From positions 1 to 59,504 of IMG/VR virus record IMGVR_UViG_3300047157_000188: 59,504 bases of DNA; one strand, 5' to 3'. The translations under genes were made by a program, and so were the position numbers. The DNA comes from a virus. Its lineage: Duplodnaviria > Caudoviricetes. This document shows, piece by piece, positions 11,078-19,247 of the stretch. How positions within the stretch are numbered: the first letter of the stretch is position 1; each line of letters opens with the position of its first letter. The notes under the pieces are model-generated. The model worked only from the letters and a program-made list of their open reading frames with translations. It did not search any database and was not told the DNA's origin.

Positions 11078-11536
11078 ATGAGAAAAGAGACAATAAGGGC
11101 AATAGTTGATATAATTGTTGCAGAAAATAAAAATATAATAGTATTAGAAGAAGAATACTGGGATGAAACTATAGATACTAAGTGGCATGTTGCTAGGTAT
11201 GAGAATAGGCATAATGAACTTGTTTATAAAATTATAGATAATAAGATATTTATTGATAGTAAGCCACTTAAAATACATGATTATATTATTGATATTAATG
11301 GTATATTAAGAATTGCTGATGGACACCCTTTAGGTTCCGAATTTCCTTATTGTGTCAATGGTGCAGGAAGATTGATAGTAGATAAATTAGGTATAATAAA
11401 ATATATTGATAATTGGTCTGGTCATTATAAACCCACCGAACAAGAATTTAATAATAGTTTAAAATTTTTAAATAATTTAACTATAGAACGAAAGTATATA
11501 TGGGATCATTCTTTATTTCCTATCTTCCCTGTATAA
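11078..11536 (+). CDS. SGHYKP-motif protein, putative ADP-ribosyltransferase-like toxin domain
   Basis: YIIDINGILRI..GHP...GAGRLIVDKLGIIKYIDNWSGHYKPT; the only plus-strand gene in this block. Confidence 0.55.
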   Translation: MRKETIRAIVDIIVAENKNIIVLEEEYWDETIDTKWHVARYENRHNELVYKIIDNKIFIDSKPLKIHDYIIDINGILRIADGHPLGSEFPYCVNGAGRLIVDKLGIIKYIDNWSGHYKPTEQEFNNSLKFLNNLTIERKYIWDHSLFPIFPV

Positions 11537-11707
11537 ATTAGGTACTGGTTGATCTATTATAGGTAATAAACTAATAACCATAACTACCTCATCTAATTTC
11601 CTATTATCTTTAATATAATTATTAATTAATTTCTCTATCTTTTGGCACACAGATTCACAAGCCAAAGGTTCTTGAGTCTTAAATCCTATAGCTATTTTAT
11701 CTTCCAT
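11513..11707 (-). CDS. Hypothetical protein
   Basis: 64-aa ORF convergent with the 11078 gene. Confidence 0.55.
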   Translation of the reverse strand: MEDKIAIGFKTQEPLACESVCQKIEKLINNYIKDNRKLDEVVMVISLLPIIDQPVPNLYREDRK

Positions 11708-11713
11708 ATTTTT

Positions 11714-11816
11714 GACTGACTGTCACCATTTCGCACAACCCGATTATATTAGAAAATACAAAAATTGACTGACTGTAACTATTTTGCAACTATCTCTATA
11801 GATTAGGAAAAACAAA
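11714..11816 (-). repeat. Two tandem copies of the ~50-nt element (TTGT-n5-CTAAY-hairpin-...-ACAGTCAGYC)
   Basis: 11714-11762 and 11767-11816, both starting gactgactgt on the plus strand. Confidence 0.75.
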
Positions 11817-12332
11817 TTATGAGTTTGCTTCTAATAGTGCCTTCATAGATTCCATGAACTCATCGTCTGTCAACTCTGGTTCTGGGTCTGTACTACGCAC
11901 GACAGGATTATTGTGAGATGGTTTAGGAGATGCTGTTTTAGGTATATTACCAACAATAATATTACTATTTTTAGCTATATCTTTAATTGCTAAAATATCT
12001 ACATATTCTTTATCGAATTTAAAATCAAAGTATGCTCTAAGAAGATCAGGATTCTCACTACGTTCATAATAAGACCCATCACCTAACATCACCCAAAGAT
12101 CATATCCATGCTTTTTAGTTTCTTCCAGATCATTGCTAGGTTCGACTATTGAATACTTTAAAATCTGAGGGTCTGTAATATATTTAGACTTATGTTCTAG
12201 TTTAATCATAGGGCATCTTTCAATTAGTTCGCCCTGTTTAACATCAGTCTTTGCCATAACATGATACAGACCATCATGTTTAATAAGTTGTCGTCTTTTT
12301 CCTAATCCAGATAATACTACAAAATCCTTCAT
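11817..12332 (-). CDS. Degenerate SET-domain protein
   Basis: VMAKTDVKQGELIERCP, LGDGSYYERSENP and ILAIKDIAKNSNIIVG align by eye to SET motifs A.EDIKKGELIEECP, LGYGSLYNHSxxPN and A.RDIxxGEEITINY. Confidence 0.65.
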   Translation of the reverse strand: MKDFVVLSGLGKRRQLIKHDGLYHVMAKTDVKQGELIERCPMIKLEHKSKYITDPQILKYSIVEPSNDLEETKKHGYDLWVMLGDGSYYERSENPDLLRAYFDFKFDKEYVDILAIKDIAKNSNIIVGNIPKTASPKPSHNNPVVRSTDPEPELTDDEFMESMKALLEANS

Positions 12333-12385
12333 ATATTTTCCTTGTTCATTTTGTGAAAACTCAACCCTTGGTCATCACACTATAT

Positions 12386-12421
12386 AATAAAAAATCGCCA
12401 ACCTTTGGCAAGGTGACGATT
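12386..12421 (-). terminator. Probable intrinsic terminator
   Basis: Minus strand ATCGTCACCTT-GCCA-AAGGTTGGCGAT followed by TTTTTATT. Confidence 0.6.
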
Positions 12422-12445
12422 TAATATGTTTTAAATTATTAAAAA

Positions 12446-12715
12446 TTAAATAGTTAAACCACTAGGAGTAGAATCTACAATTTCCAATTTGTCTGACTTA
12501 GAATTTAATTTAGCAAAACAACTATAAGATATTTGATTACCCTCTAATTGGGTTTCTGCATCAACCATATATCTGGTATAAACATTTATTCTCCATCTAT
12601 TATCATAAACATTCATAGCCTTACACATTACTAAATTTTTAGGTTTACCAATCTCTTTAATCAAAAGACTACATACCGGGCCGTCCACTTCCGTAGACTT
12701 AGGATTTATTATCAT
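12446..12715 (-). CDS. Hypothetical protein
   Basis: Strong AGGAGGTG RBS; IGKPKNL..KAMNVYDNRWRINVY. Confidence 0.75.
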   Translation of the reverse strand: MIINPKSTEVDGPVCSLLIKEIGKPKNLVMCKAMNVYDNRWRINVYTRYMVDAETQLEGNQISYSCFAKLNSKSDKLEIVDSTPSGLTI

Positions 12716-13050
12716 ATTTCACCTCCTGTAAAAATAAATTTTAATTTAACCAAAATAAATAAGACCAATTCTAATCTTGACAAAACGTAGTTCAGGATTA
12801 ATAATTATGCAGGTCGGTTGGTAGTAATATATACTATTTCAATATTAATATACCCCTTTCTAGTCTAAACAGAATACAAGTAAAATGAGAATTAAAACCA
12901 GCATAGGCTTGACTCTTTCTATTTATTAATTATAATAAAGTGGCTAATGTCTCTAGACCTCAACCCATCTAGTTCCATTATACCATATATATCGACCTCC
13001 ACAATCTCAGGAGTATTCTAAAATTACATACTCATAGCAATTATAATTCT

Positions 13051-13098
13051 GGCTGACTATAGACAACTTTAGCAAACCTTATTGATTAGCTAGTACAA
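13051..13098 (-). repeat. ~50-nt element copy
   Basis: Minus strand TTGTACTAGCTAATC-AATAA-GGTTTGC...TATAGTCAGCC. Confidence 0.6.
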
Positions 13099-13196
13099 TT
13101 ATAATAATTATTAATATAATACTCTTTCTCTCCTGCATCACCGTATCACTATACCATTATATCGGACAGGTGCATCCATTACCATTAGAAAATATC

Positions 13197-13252
13197 TGTA
13201 AGTCCTTGTCAGTAAACAACTTAACTAATTTTCGCGGGCATCTTCTATGCCA
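13197..13252. repeat. 29-bp palindrome + 8 nt + GCGGGC box + sigma54-type box on minus strand
   Basis: TGTAAGTCCTT-GTCAGTA-AACAACTTAAC (13197-13225), GCGGGC (13234-13239), TGGCATAGAAGATGC on minus strand (13252-13238). Confidence 0.75.
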
Positions 13253-13253
13253 T

Positions 13254-13295
13254 AAAAGAAGGCAGGCCACTCCCCACCACAAGGAATGACCTGCC
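13254..13295 (-). terminator. Intrinsic terminator after the DUF932 gene
   Basis: GGCAGGTCATTCC-loop-GGAGTGGCCTGCC then TTCTTTT. Confidence 0.8.
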
Positions 13296-13321
13296 CGACG
13301 CACACCACGAAAGGAGAGCGA

Positions 13322-14269
13322 TTAGAGAGCGTTAGCGTACTCTGTAGCGAGTGCTAGTGCCCTGTTGTTAGCAGTACCGTTCTGACCGAACCACAGGCTT
13401 TCCATGCGGTTATTGGCGTTACGGCCTTTGTTATAATTTAGATACTCGTTGAAGCCATTGTAGGCTGCCCACCAAGTACCACGGACTCCCGGCATATCCT
13501 GCTTTGGCCCATGAATCGTAGAGAGAATATCATCGAGGACATTCTTAGTACGAGTCTTGAGGTCGTCGTCAGGAGTCTTGTCGATATTCAGCAGAACCTT
13601 GACGTATTTGCGAACGTCAGCCTGATTGAAGTCTCGACTAGCCAGAAAGCGGAACTGTTCCGCAGTTGCCTCGAACTGTGCATTGATATTGTCCATGATG
13701 TCACGAACATTATCAAGATTAGCTTGGGCACTCTTAGTATGTCGAATACGTAGTAGATTGCTTTCTTTGTGGGAATGAGCGAAAGCTAAGGTATTGACAC
13801 AAACAACACGGATTGGGGTGTAGCCCACACGAATAGCAGTTGTGCCATCGTGACTGTTGGAAAGCAGAATAAACTTCTGCACCTCGTCACCCTTGACAAT
13901 TTCGCTGGGGTCACGGTTTAATTGAGCAAGTGCCCAAACCTTCTGACCACCACTAAGCGAACCTCCCGTGTGGAGACTACACTCGCCAGCGTCTACGAAT
14001 GGCTGAAACCACTCGAAAGCATCTTTATTCTGAAGTGGTACGTATCTTGGGCCGACCACTCCTAGAATACTACCATCGCTTTTGCGATAGGTTGCTTTGG
14101 CAGGTACGTCATAACCATCTTTGGTTACGAGATCCTTGACGCCAACTTCCCAATCTAAACCAGATTTTTCGATGGCTTCGCTGATTGTTGGAGCATCTTC
14201 CAACTTCTCACCAAGACCATGCCAAGGTTTTGCTCCGGTGTAAAACATAGATTCAACATTAGCAGGCAT
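13322..14269 (-). CDS. DUF932 / DUF945 phage-plasmid protein (TIGR03299-like)
   Basis: MFYTGAKPWHGLG, LGVVGPRYVPLQN.DAF, GGSLSGGQKVW, LLSNSHDGT, TPIRVVCVNTL, GTWWAAYNG. Confidence 0.9.
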   Translation of the reverse strand: MPANVESMFYTGAKPWHGLGEKLEDAPTISEAIEKSGLDWEVGVKDLVTKDGYDVPAKATYRKSDGSILGVVGPRYVPLQNKDAFEWFQPFVDAGECSLHTGGSLSGGQKVWALAQLNRDPSEIVKGDEVQKFILLSNSHDGTTAIRVGYTPIRVVCVNTLAFAHSHKESNLLRIRHTKSAQANLDNVRDIMDNINAQFEATAEQFRFLASRDFNQADVRKYVKVLLNIDKTPDDDLKTRTKNVLDDILSTIHGPKQDMPGVRGTWWAAYNGFNEYLNYNKGRNANNRMESLWFGQNGTANNRALALATEYANAL

Positions 14270-14308
14270 TTTAGTTCCTTTCGTAAGAGTAATGTCCTGT
14301 ATGCTTTA

Positions 14309-14348
14309 AGTATATCATATATATCGTCGCTGTCAACGATAATCTTTA
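14309..14348 (-). promoter_or_regulatory. Interleaved sigma28-type + sigma70 promoter
   Basis: TAAAGATTATCG-TTGACA-GC-GACGATAT-ATATGA-TATACT. Confidence 0.75.
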
Positions 14349-14365
14349 GTAAAATTTTTAATATC

Positions 14366-14408
14366 CGTAAGTCGTTACCCAGCAAGGGTTTACGCAGATT
14401 TTGCCCGC
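14366..14408. repeat. 29-bp palindrome + 8 nt + GCCCGC box
   Basis: CGTAAGTCGTT-ACCCAGC-AAGGGTTTACG, then CAGATTTT, then GCCCGC. Confidence 0.75.
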
Positions 14409-14446
14409 TGGCTTTACCATAATTACCAAACCTTGCAGTTTAGGTA

Positions 14447-14935
14447 TTACAGATACGGTACGCCTAAGTCACGCTTACAGTATTCTGGCATAGTTCTGTA
14501 AGCACATTGATCTTTTATATAAGACCACACACCCATACATTTAGCTATAGGTATTTCTTCTTTAATATTTTTAATAATATGTTTTACTGTGCCACCAGAG
14601 CATACGAGATCGTCAATAATAATATACTGACGAGTACTAGCACCCTCAACCATAAAATCCGAATACCCATCTGTGTTTTTCCTTACCACAATGATATTCT
14701 TTTTTAATAATTCTGCTATCTGTGGAACCACCATTAATCCACTAGTTCCACAACAGGCGATAGCATCGTATGATCCGTCATACTTTTTTAAACCAGCATA
14801 AGTACTCATTACTACTTGATTACGATACTTATGGCTCAAAACCCTTGAAGTATGGCTACATCCCTGTATAACCTTACCATCTGGTGTTCTTCTGAACTCA
14901 TCTAGTTCTTGCTGTAATACGTTCATCTTGTCCAA
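14447..14935 (-). CDS. Type I phosphoribosyltransferase
   Basis: PRPP-binding motif YIIIDDLVCSGGTV; DAIACCGTSG; IIVVRK. Confidence 0.85.
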   Translation of the reverse strand: MDKMNVLQQELDEFRRTPDGKVIQGCSHTSRVLSHKYRNQVVMSTYAGLKKYDGSYDAIACCGTSGLMVVPQIAELLKKNIIVVRKNTDGYSDFMVEGASTRQYIIIDDLVCSGGTVKHIIKNIKEEIPIAKCMGVWSYIKDQCAYRTMPEYCKRDLGVPYL

Positions 14936-14968
14936 TCTCGGAACAATTCTAATCGAACACCCACATTC

Positions 14969-14997
14969 ATTCTACCGTTGTCCGGTTGGCCTGTCAA
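14969..14997 (-). promoter_or_regulatory. Sigma70 promoter
   Basis: TTGACA-N17-TAGAAT. Confidence 0.7.
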
Positions 14998-15056
14998 GTC
15001 TATTGTCTTATTACACGTAACAGTTGCTCTAGTAGTCACACATCCACTACAAAATA

Positions 15057-15224
15057 TTAAGAGTGCGACCAAACATAATCTATATACCATTCGACTACCT
15101 CCTTGAGAGTAATATCGTCATCCTCAAGAATTTTCTTTACCTTATCTGTTTCAGATTGATTCATTACGCTCATTCTGTGATTTAAATAATCTAATACTGT
15201 TGTGATCTTTTCTTTTTTATCCAT
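15057..15224 (-). CDS. Hypothetical protein (start MDKKE, just after the tRNA)
   Basis: Part of ORF 15057..15251; the upstream extension overlaps the tRNA. Confidence 0.55.
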   Translation of the reverse strand: MDKKEKITTVLDYLNHRMSVMNQSETDKVKKILEDDDITLKEVVEWYIDYVWSHS

Positions 15225-15226
15225 AA

Positions 15227-15298
15227 TAGCTCCGGCGAGAATCGAACTCACATTTGAGGTTTAGAAGACCACTGTTCTATCCGTTGAACTACGGAGCC
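15227..15298 (-). tRNA. tRNA-Arg, anticodon TCT (CCA not encoded)
   Basis: GGCTCCG TA GTTC AACGGATA GAAC A GTGGT CTTCTAA ACCTC AAAT GTGAG TTCGATT CTCGC CGGAGCT A; full cloverleaf with one T-T mismatch in the anticodon stem. Confidence 0.93.
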
Positions 15299-15358
15299 AA
15301 AGGCCAGAACCGCAGGTCTTGGTTATCCCCATTGACGCCTGCGGCTCTGACTTTTTGA

Positions 15359-15631
15359 CTACACTCCCTGTAGCAGAGCGTCAGCCTTAGCTGATTCGAC
15401 TACCAGAGTTGCCTTGTGAGCATCTCCTGCTTCCTTGACACCGATACCGAACTTACGGTTTCGTGCCACTTTCCACCCCTGTTCACAATACTCCTTGATA
15501 TCAGGCTTGCTGACAACACTAAGAGTTTCTTGTGGTAGACCATCGGTAAGTGCTTCCTTTATGATCTCTGTAACAACTTCTGTATCCAGATCAGATGCAG
15601 CAACACATACGTTAAAAGTAAAAGCCTTCAT
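15359..15631 (-). CDS. Hypothetical protein (start MKAFTF)
   Basis: GGAG RBS before ATG 15631, within ORF 15359..15673. Confidence 0.7.
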   Translation of the reverse strand: MKAFTFNVCVAASDLDTEVVTEIIKEALTDGLPQETLSVVSKPDIKEYCEQGWKVARNRKFGIGVKEAGDAHKATLVVESAKADALLQGV

Positions 15632-15672
15632 TATTATTCTCCAAAGTAAAAGTAAACCAAACGTGTAAACCA

Positions 15673-15713
15673 ATTATATTATATCTATCGTCATGCGTCA
15701 ACTATAAACTTTA
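15673..15713 (-). promoter_or_regulatory. Interleaved sigma28-type + sigma70 promoter
   Basis: TAAAGTTT-ATAG-TTGACG-CAT-GACGATAG-ATATAA-TATAAT. Confidence 0.75.
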
Positions 15714-15717
15714 CATT

Positions 15718-16230
15718 TTAATCCTCCAATTCTTGATAATATTCGTACATATCAAACTCATCGACTAATGCTTCTGGAAATTCTTTCCAATGACCCTCAT
15801 AATAATTATCCACACCATTATGCCATATTCCGGCAAAACTCATTCCTGGCTCAAAATAGGAGGCTTGTACGTCAAACCCTAAGACTACCAACCTCTCGTA
15901 GAAACCTAATGGTGGACTCCACGCACTATCGAACGTTACATTCAGTTCGTCGTCTACTCTAGTTGGCTCCAGACCATAGGCATCTTTGCAACCAATATCC
16001 CACTTTGTACCCCAGTTCCGTAAACGCCACAGATACCAGCTAGTGTTGACATTATCTTTATCGCTATAGGATCTGCCCTCGCCCATCAACTTTGTTGGAT
16101 CACCGGGATCTCTAGGAGTAGGATAGAAAGTTTCAATCGTCCAATCGTCACGATATGCTTTCTCGAACTTGTCCAGCATAGACTTATCATCGTGTGTAAT
16201 AGTCAACTTATTTATGCACCAGTTAGGCAT
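15718..16230 (-). CDS. DUF1281 / YubB ferredoxin-like-fold phage protein (start MPNWC)
   Basis: MPNWCxN, WYLWRLRNWGTKWD, FDSAWSPP, YFEPGMSFAG; GAGGAGGT RBS. Confidence 0.85.
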   Translation of the reverse strand: MPNWCINKLTITHDDKSMLDKFEKAYRDDWTIETFYPTPRDPGDPTKLMGEGRSYSDKDNVNTSWYLWRLRNWGTKWDIGCKDAYGLEPTRVDDELNVTFDSAWSPPLGFYERLVVLGFDVQASYFEPGMSFAGIWHNGVDNYYEGHWKEFPEALVDEFDMYEYYQELED

Positions 16231-16621
16231 GACAGACCTCCTCAAGTATGTGTACCCTGTTACCATCCGTGACCAGACTATCGAAGTCATAATCATCCCA
16301 ATCAAAATCACCGTCATCATCCTCACGCTTCCAACGTGGCTCGACTATAGGATTATACGATAATCTTTCTAAATTGTCAATAGGTATACTACCTTTCTCT
16401 AGTATATCAAAATTGTTACATTCTACCCAACCACAAACATCCTTCCTACCTGCTGCATGAACTTTCTTGGCAGCATTTTTCTTATTGATTAGTGTGCAGC
16501 CTCTCATCTCAATCTGATACTTTTGTGGATCGAGATACTTGACTGTACCATCCCATGCTCGAATCTGCCAGTGCATGTAGTGCTGACCACGTTGCAAGTG
16601 AAATCGTACTCTGTATTTCAT
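16223..16621 (-). CDS. Conserved phage hypothetical protein
   Basis: 132-aa ORF with AGGAG RBS; YRVRFHLQRGQHYMHWQI. Confidence 0.75.
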   Translation of the reverse strand: MKYRVRFHLQRGQHYMHWQIRAWDGTVKYLDPQKYQIEMRGCTLINKKNAAKKVHAAGRKDVCGWVECNNFDILEKGSIPIDNLERLSYNPIVEPRWKREDDDGDFDWDDYDFDSLVTDGNRVHILEEVCHA

Positions 16622-16639
16622 AACTATCTCCTTCTCCTT

Positions 16640-16676
16640 AGTATATCATATCGACATTATGATGTCAATACCTTTA
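16640..16676 (-). promoter_or_regulatory. Interleaved sigma28-type + sigma70 promoter
   Basis: TAAAGGTA-TTGACA-TCATAAT-GTCGATAT-GA-TATACT. Confidence 0.75.
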
Positions 16677-16974
16677 GCCAATCTTTCCATATTTGGACAT
16701 TCCAAGTAGATGGAAACGGAGCACCACGACTAGTATAAGCATTGTCAGGATATAGTTTATTCCTATCTTTATCTTCAAACCACCTAGCCTGCCTAATGGT
16801 AGTACCCATAAATTTAGACATATCTGACAACGTAATTTCTTCCACACCCATACTAGAAAAATGATCTAGCATCTCTATAATTTTTTGCTTCTTGTTGGGA
16901 CTGTTCACTCTCGTTTCTATAGTTTTGTAGGGTATTGGCATTACAGAACTATTGGTGTCATACTGAAAATACAT
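16657..16974 (-). CDS. Hypothetical protein (start MYFQYD)
   Basis: AAGGAG RBS before ATG 16974. Confidence 0.65.
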   Translation of the reverse strand: MYFQYDTNSSVMPIPYKTIETRVNSPNKKQKIIEMLDHFSSMGVEEITLSDMSKFMGTTIRQARWFEDKDRNKLYPDNAYTSRGAPFPSTWNVQIWKDWLKVLTS

Positions 16975-16992
16975 AATTGTCTCCTTTCCCCT

Positions 16993-17028
16993 AGTATACA
17001 TTATCGGCATACTATTGTCAATACTTTA
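16993..17028 (-). promoter_or_regulatory. Interleaved sigma28-type + sigma70 promoter
   Basis: TAAAGTA-TTGACA-ATAGTAT-GCCGATAA-TG-TATACT; perfect GCCGATAA. Confidence 0.8.
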
Positions 17029-17035
17029 ATATTTT

Positions 17036-17085
17036 GGCTGACTGTAACCATCCTAAACTAATCTTACTAGATTAGGTAGAACAAA
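17036..17085 (-). repeat. ~50-nt element copy
   Basis: TTTGTTCTAC-CTAATCT-AGTA-AGATTAG-TTTAGGATGGTTACAGTCAGCC. Confidence 0.75.
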
Positions 17086-17412
17086 CTGGCGTCTATACGA
17101 TGTTGGTCCAATCTTCCCCGGCCTAGCCGGAAGGTATAGAATCCTGCGTTGTTGGTCAATGCCTTCTCAGCGGATACTCTCCTCAGAGGTCACCAGTTGT
17201 TTGTATTGTAGGACTTAGGCGAAACCCGTTCTAGGGTAACACTTTCCCGTATAGCTATCAGGCTGCCTATGTGCTATACGCCTTATCCATCTTAATGTGC
17301 GGTCATGGACACTAGGGGTTCGCACCCTACAGACATTTCCGATTGCTATCGCCAGTACCTTGTCGAATCACAATCTCAGGTACGAATGTCTGGGTAACTA
17401 TTCCGTGCCATG
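17081..17412 (-). ncRNA. Unclassified multi-domain structured non-coding RNA (~330 nt)
   Basis: No credible ORF; its own dual promoter lies at 17420-17459. Nested helices: 17330-37/17385-92, 17355-60/17378-83, 17304-12/17405-12, T-arm-like 17313-29, 17248-55/17273-80, 17092-98/17134-40, 17084-89/17193-98. Confidence 0.75.
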
Positions 17413-17419
17413 TATCCTA

Positions 17420-17459
17420 AGTATATCATTATTATCGTCGTTGTCAACACTATTCTTTA
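17420..17459 (-). promoter_or_regulatory. Interleaved sigma28-type + sigma70 promoter driving the ncRNA
   Basis: TAAAGAAT-AGTG-TTGACA-AC-GACGATAA-TAATGA-TATACT. Confidence 0.75.
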
Positions 17460-17476
17460 AAAAATATAAAAAAAAA

Positions 17477-17519
17477 CGTAAGTCGTTACCAGTAAACAAC
17501 TTACGCCATACATGCGGGC
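17477..17519. repeat. 29-bp palindrome + 8 nt + GCGGGC box
   Basis: CGTAAGTCGTT-ACCAGTA-AACAACTTACG (10 of 11 arm pairs), then CCATACAT, then GCGGGC. Confidence 0.8.
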
Positions 17520-17530
17520 CCGGTTTCCTT

Positions 17531-17788
17531 TCATTCCTCAAAATCTTTATCACGAGATTCGTCCAGGATGTGATAGCATTCTTCTAGTATATCCTCCGTC
17601 TCCCACACGGTTGTCTTCTTATCTGCACTAATATAGTCCTTACAACCACGTTCGTCTACATATACATATTCGTCTATCAATTCGCTCCCTGTCATATAAT
17701 CTAAAAACATTTTTATAACTATTTCTTTTTTGTTTAGATCCGTATTAAATACTTTCCTAAAATTTCCTGATGCTATGTATACCTTCAT
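17531..17788 (-). CDS. Hypothetical protein
   Basis: 85-aa ORF with GGAGG RBS. Confidence 0.7.
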   Translation of the reverse strand: MKVYIASGNFRKVFNTDLNKKEIVIKMFLDYMTGSELIDEYVYVDERGCKDYISADKKTTVWETEDILEECYHILDESRDKDFEE

Positions 17789-18556
17789 GCTGTCTGCCTC
17801 CTTCTTGAGAATCTTTAGTGCTTCCGCTGCTTTGCTACCCTTTGGCTGTACTCCGTGAATCAGTAGAGCAAAATCCTGATTTGCTTTGGTTGGATCGCAG
17901 GCATGACTATCATCGTTGATCGACTTCCAGACCTAGATCGTCTGCTTCTTGTTGGCTGAAAACTACTTTAGCAGATCGTAGACCATGCTCTGCAATCAGA
18001 TGATCGTCACGACCACCGTATGATGCAGTCAAACAAGATTGGCAGGCACAAGGTCACGACTACGAACCCAATACGTCAGAGACTTAGTGTAAGCATAGAA
18101 TAAAACATCAGGGTTACGCTCTGCGACTTTGATCCATGCCATGAAATACTTGTGACTGAACATATCACCAGACACATGAATACGAATAATTCTGGCGTCC
18201 TTGGGTAATGCTGCACACAATCCGTCTGCCATAGCGTCACTTGTTTCCAGACTATGTATAGCGTCGTGATTACGCTTGCGACTTTTGTATGTATTGGTGA
18301 ACAATACTTCTTGACTAGCAGAGAAGCAACGGAATTTGGTATGAGGACCGTCCTTAATTCTGCGACTACCGTCTGCCTGCTCTTCGGCTTGAGACTTGCA
18401 GTTATGGGCGAAAGGACAGTCTACTCCCGATAACAGATCGAAAGAATAAACTTTGGCAGTAGACCGTCCTATCTTCTGACCCAACCACCGCTTGAGTACA
18501 GTTGTTGCGAGCTTGTAGAGTTTTTTGAGTTTGGTGTTTGCTGCTGAAAATTTCAT
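17785..18556 (-). CDS. Phage gp88-like protein (frameshifted near 18030 and 17920)
   Basis: FSAANTKL, CPFAHNC..C, IRIHVSGDM, LFYAYTKS, PANLV-LTASYGGRDD...HGVQPKGSKA. Confidence 0.75.
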
Positions 18557-18592
18557 TGTGGTTGTCTCCGGTGTGATGTTGCTTGTCCCCTC

Positions 18593-18632
18593 AGTATACA
18601 ATATTATCGTCCTTTGTCAACTATATTCTTGA
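18593..18632 (-). promoter_or_regulatory. Interleaved sigma28-type + sigma70 promoter
   Basis: TCAAGAAT-ATAG-TTGACA-AAG-GACGATAA-TATTG-TATACT. Confidence 0.7.
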
Positions 18633-18640
18633 GTTTTTTT

Positions 18641-18687
18641 GCTGACTGTTTTACATAAATTTAACCGAGTGGATAGGGTGAGACAAA
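18641..18687 (-). repeat. ~50-nt element copy
   Basis: TTTGTCTCACCCTATCC-ACTC-GGTTAAATTTATGTAAAACAGTCAGC. Confidence 0.6.
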
Positions 18688-18691
18688 TAGC

Positions 18692-18772
18692 TGTAACTCT
18701 ATAGCTGACAACAACTTACAGCTACTGTGCGGGCACGACCGAACCTAAGTCATTGCTAGGCAACAACTTAGG
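18692..18772. repeat. Two 29-bp palindromes flanking one GCGGGC box
   Basis: 18692-18720, 8 nt, GCGGGC (18729-18734), 9 nt, CCTAAGTCATT-GCTAGGC-AACAACTTAGG (18744-18772). Confidence 0.75.
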
Positions 18773-18801
18773 CCGGTTCACACACACCACGGAAGAATAC
18801 G

Positions 18802-19185
18802 TTATGCCACGATGCTACCGAATAGCGGCTTGCGGCAATTCTTGACACGCTCACAGTAAAACTGTCGAATCTCACCGTCATGAGTCTGACAAGTTACCAA
18901 GTGATTAGTTCGCTTGAAATCCTTGTCATCTCTACGGTATGTAGACCGTCGATTCATCTGTCGTAATTCAGAATCTGAAAACTTGTAAGGCTTATCTAAT
19001 ACCCTTGCAAGTACACGTTTACTATCACCATTCAATGGTTGCAGGTATTCAAAATTATAAACCTGTCCCGGCTGTGCTTCGCACAAACTAGCACGACTAC
19101 CACCATACACAGAATAAATACCAAACATTACCAAGGCCGTTGCACTAATAACAACGATACCAACTGAAATCATCAAATTATCCAT
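18802..19185 (-). CDS. Hypothetical membrane-anchored protein (start MDNLMI)
   Basis: AGGAG RBS and N-terminal TM helix; upstream sigma70 promoter at 19223-19251 (TTGACA-N17-TAGAAT). Confidence 0.7.
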   Translation of the reverse strand: MDNLMISVGIVVISATALVMFGIYSVYGGSRASLCEAQPGQVYNFEYLQPLNGDSKRVLARVLDKPYKFSDSELRQMNRRSTYRRDDKDFKRTNHLVTCQTHDGEIRQFYCERVKNCRKPLFGSIVA

Positions 19186-19247
19186 CTTTAAAACTCCTAG
19201 TGTGAAAAACCTAACTAAAACCATTCTACCATAGACTTGACACCTTG

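Noticed and set aside
17036-17085. c-di-GMP-I riboswitch identity for the 50-nt element (CTAA...ATGG...AGCC resemblance)
   Set aside because: The P1 GNRA hairpin and GCAAA segments are absent, and CTAA pairs within its own hairpin.
17081-17412. tmRNA or RNase P RNA identity for the ncRNA
   Set aside because: No GGGG...CCACCA ends or tag ORF, and no GAGGAAAGTCC-type RNase P core was found.
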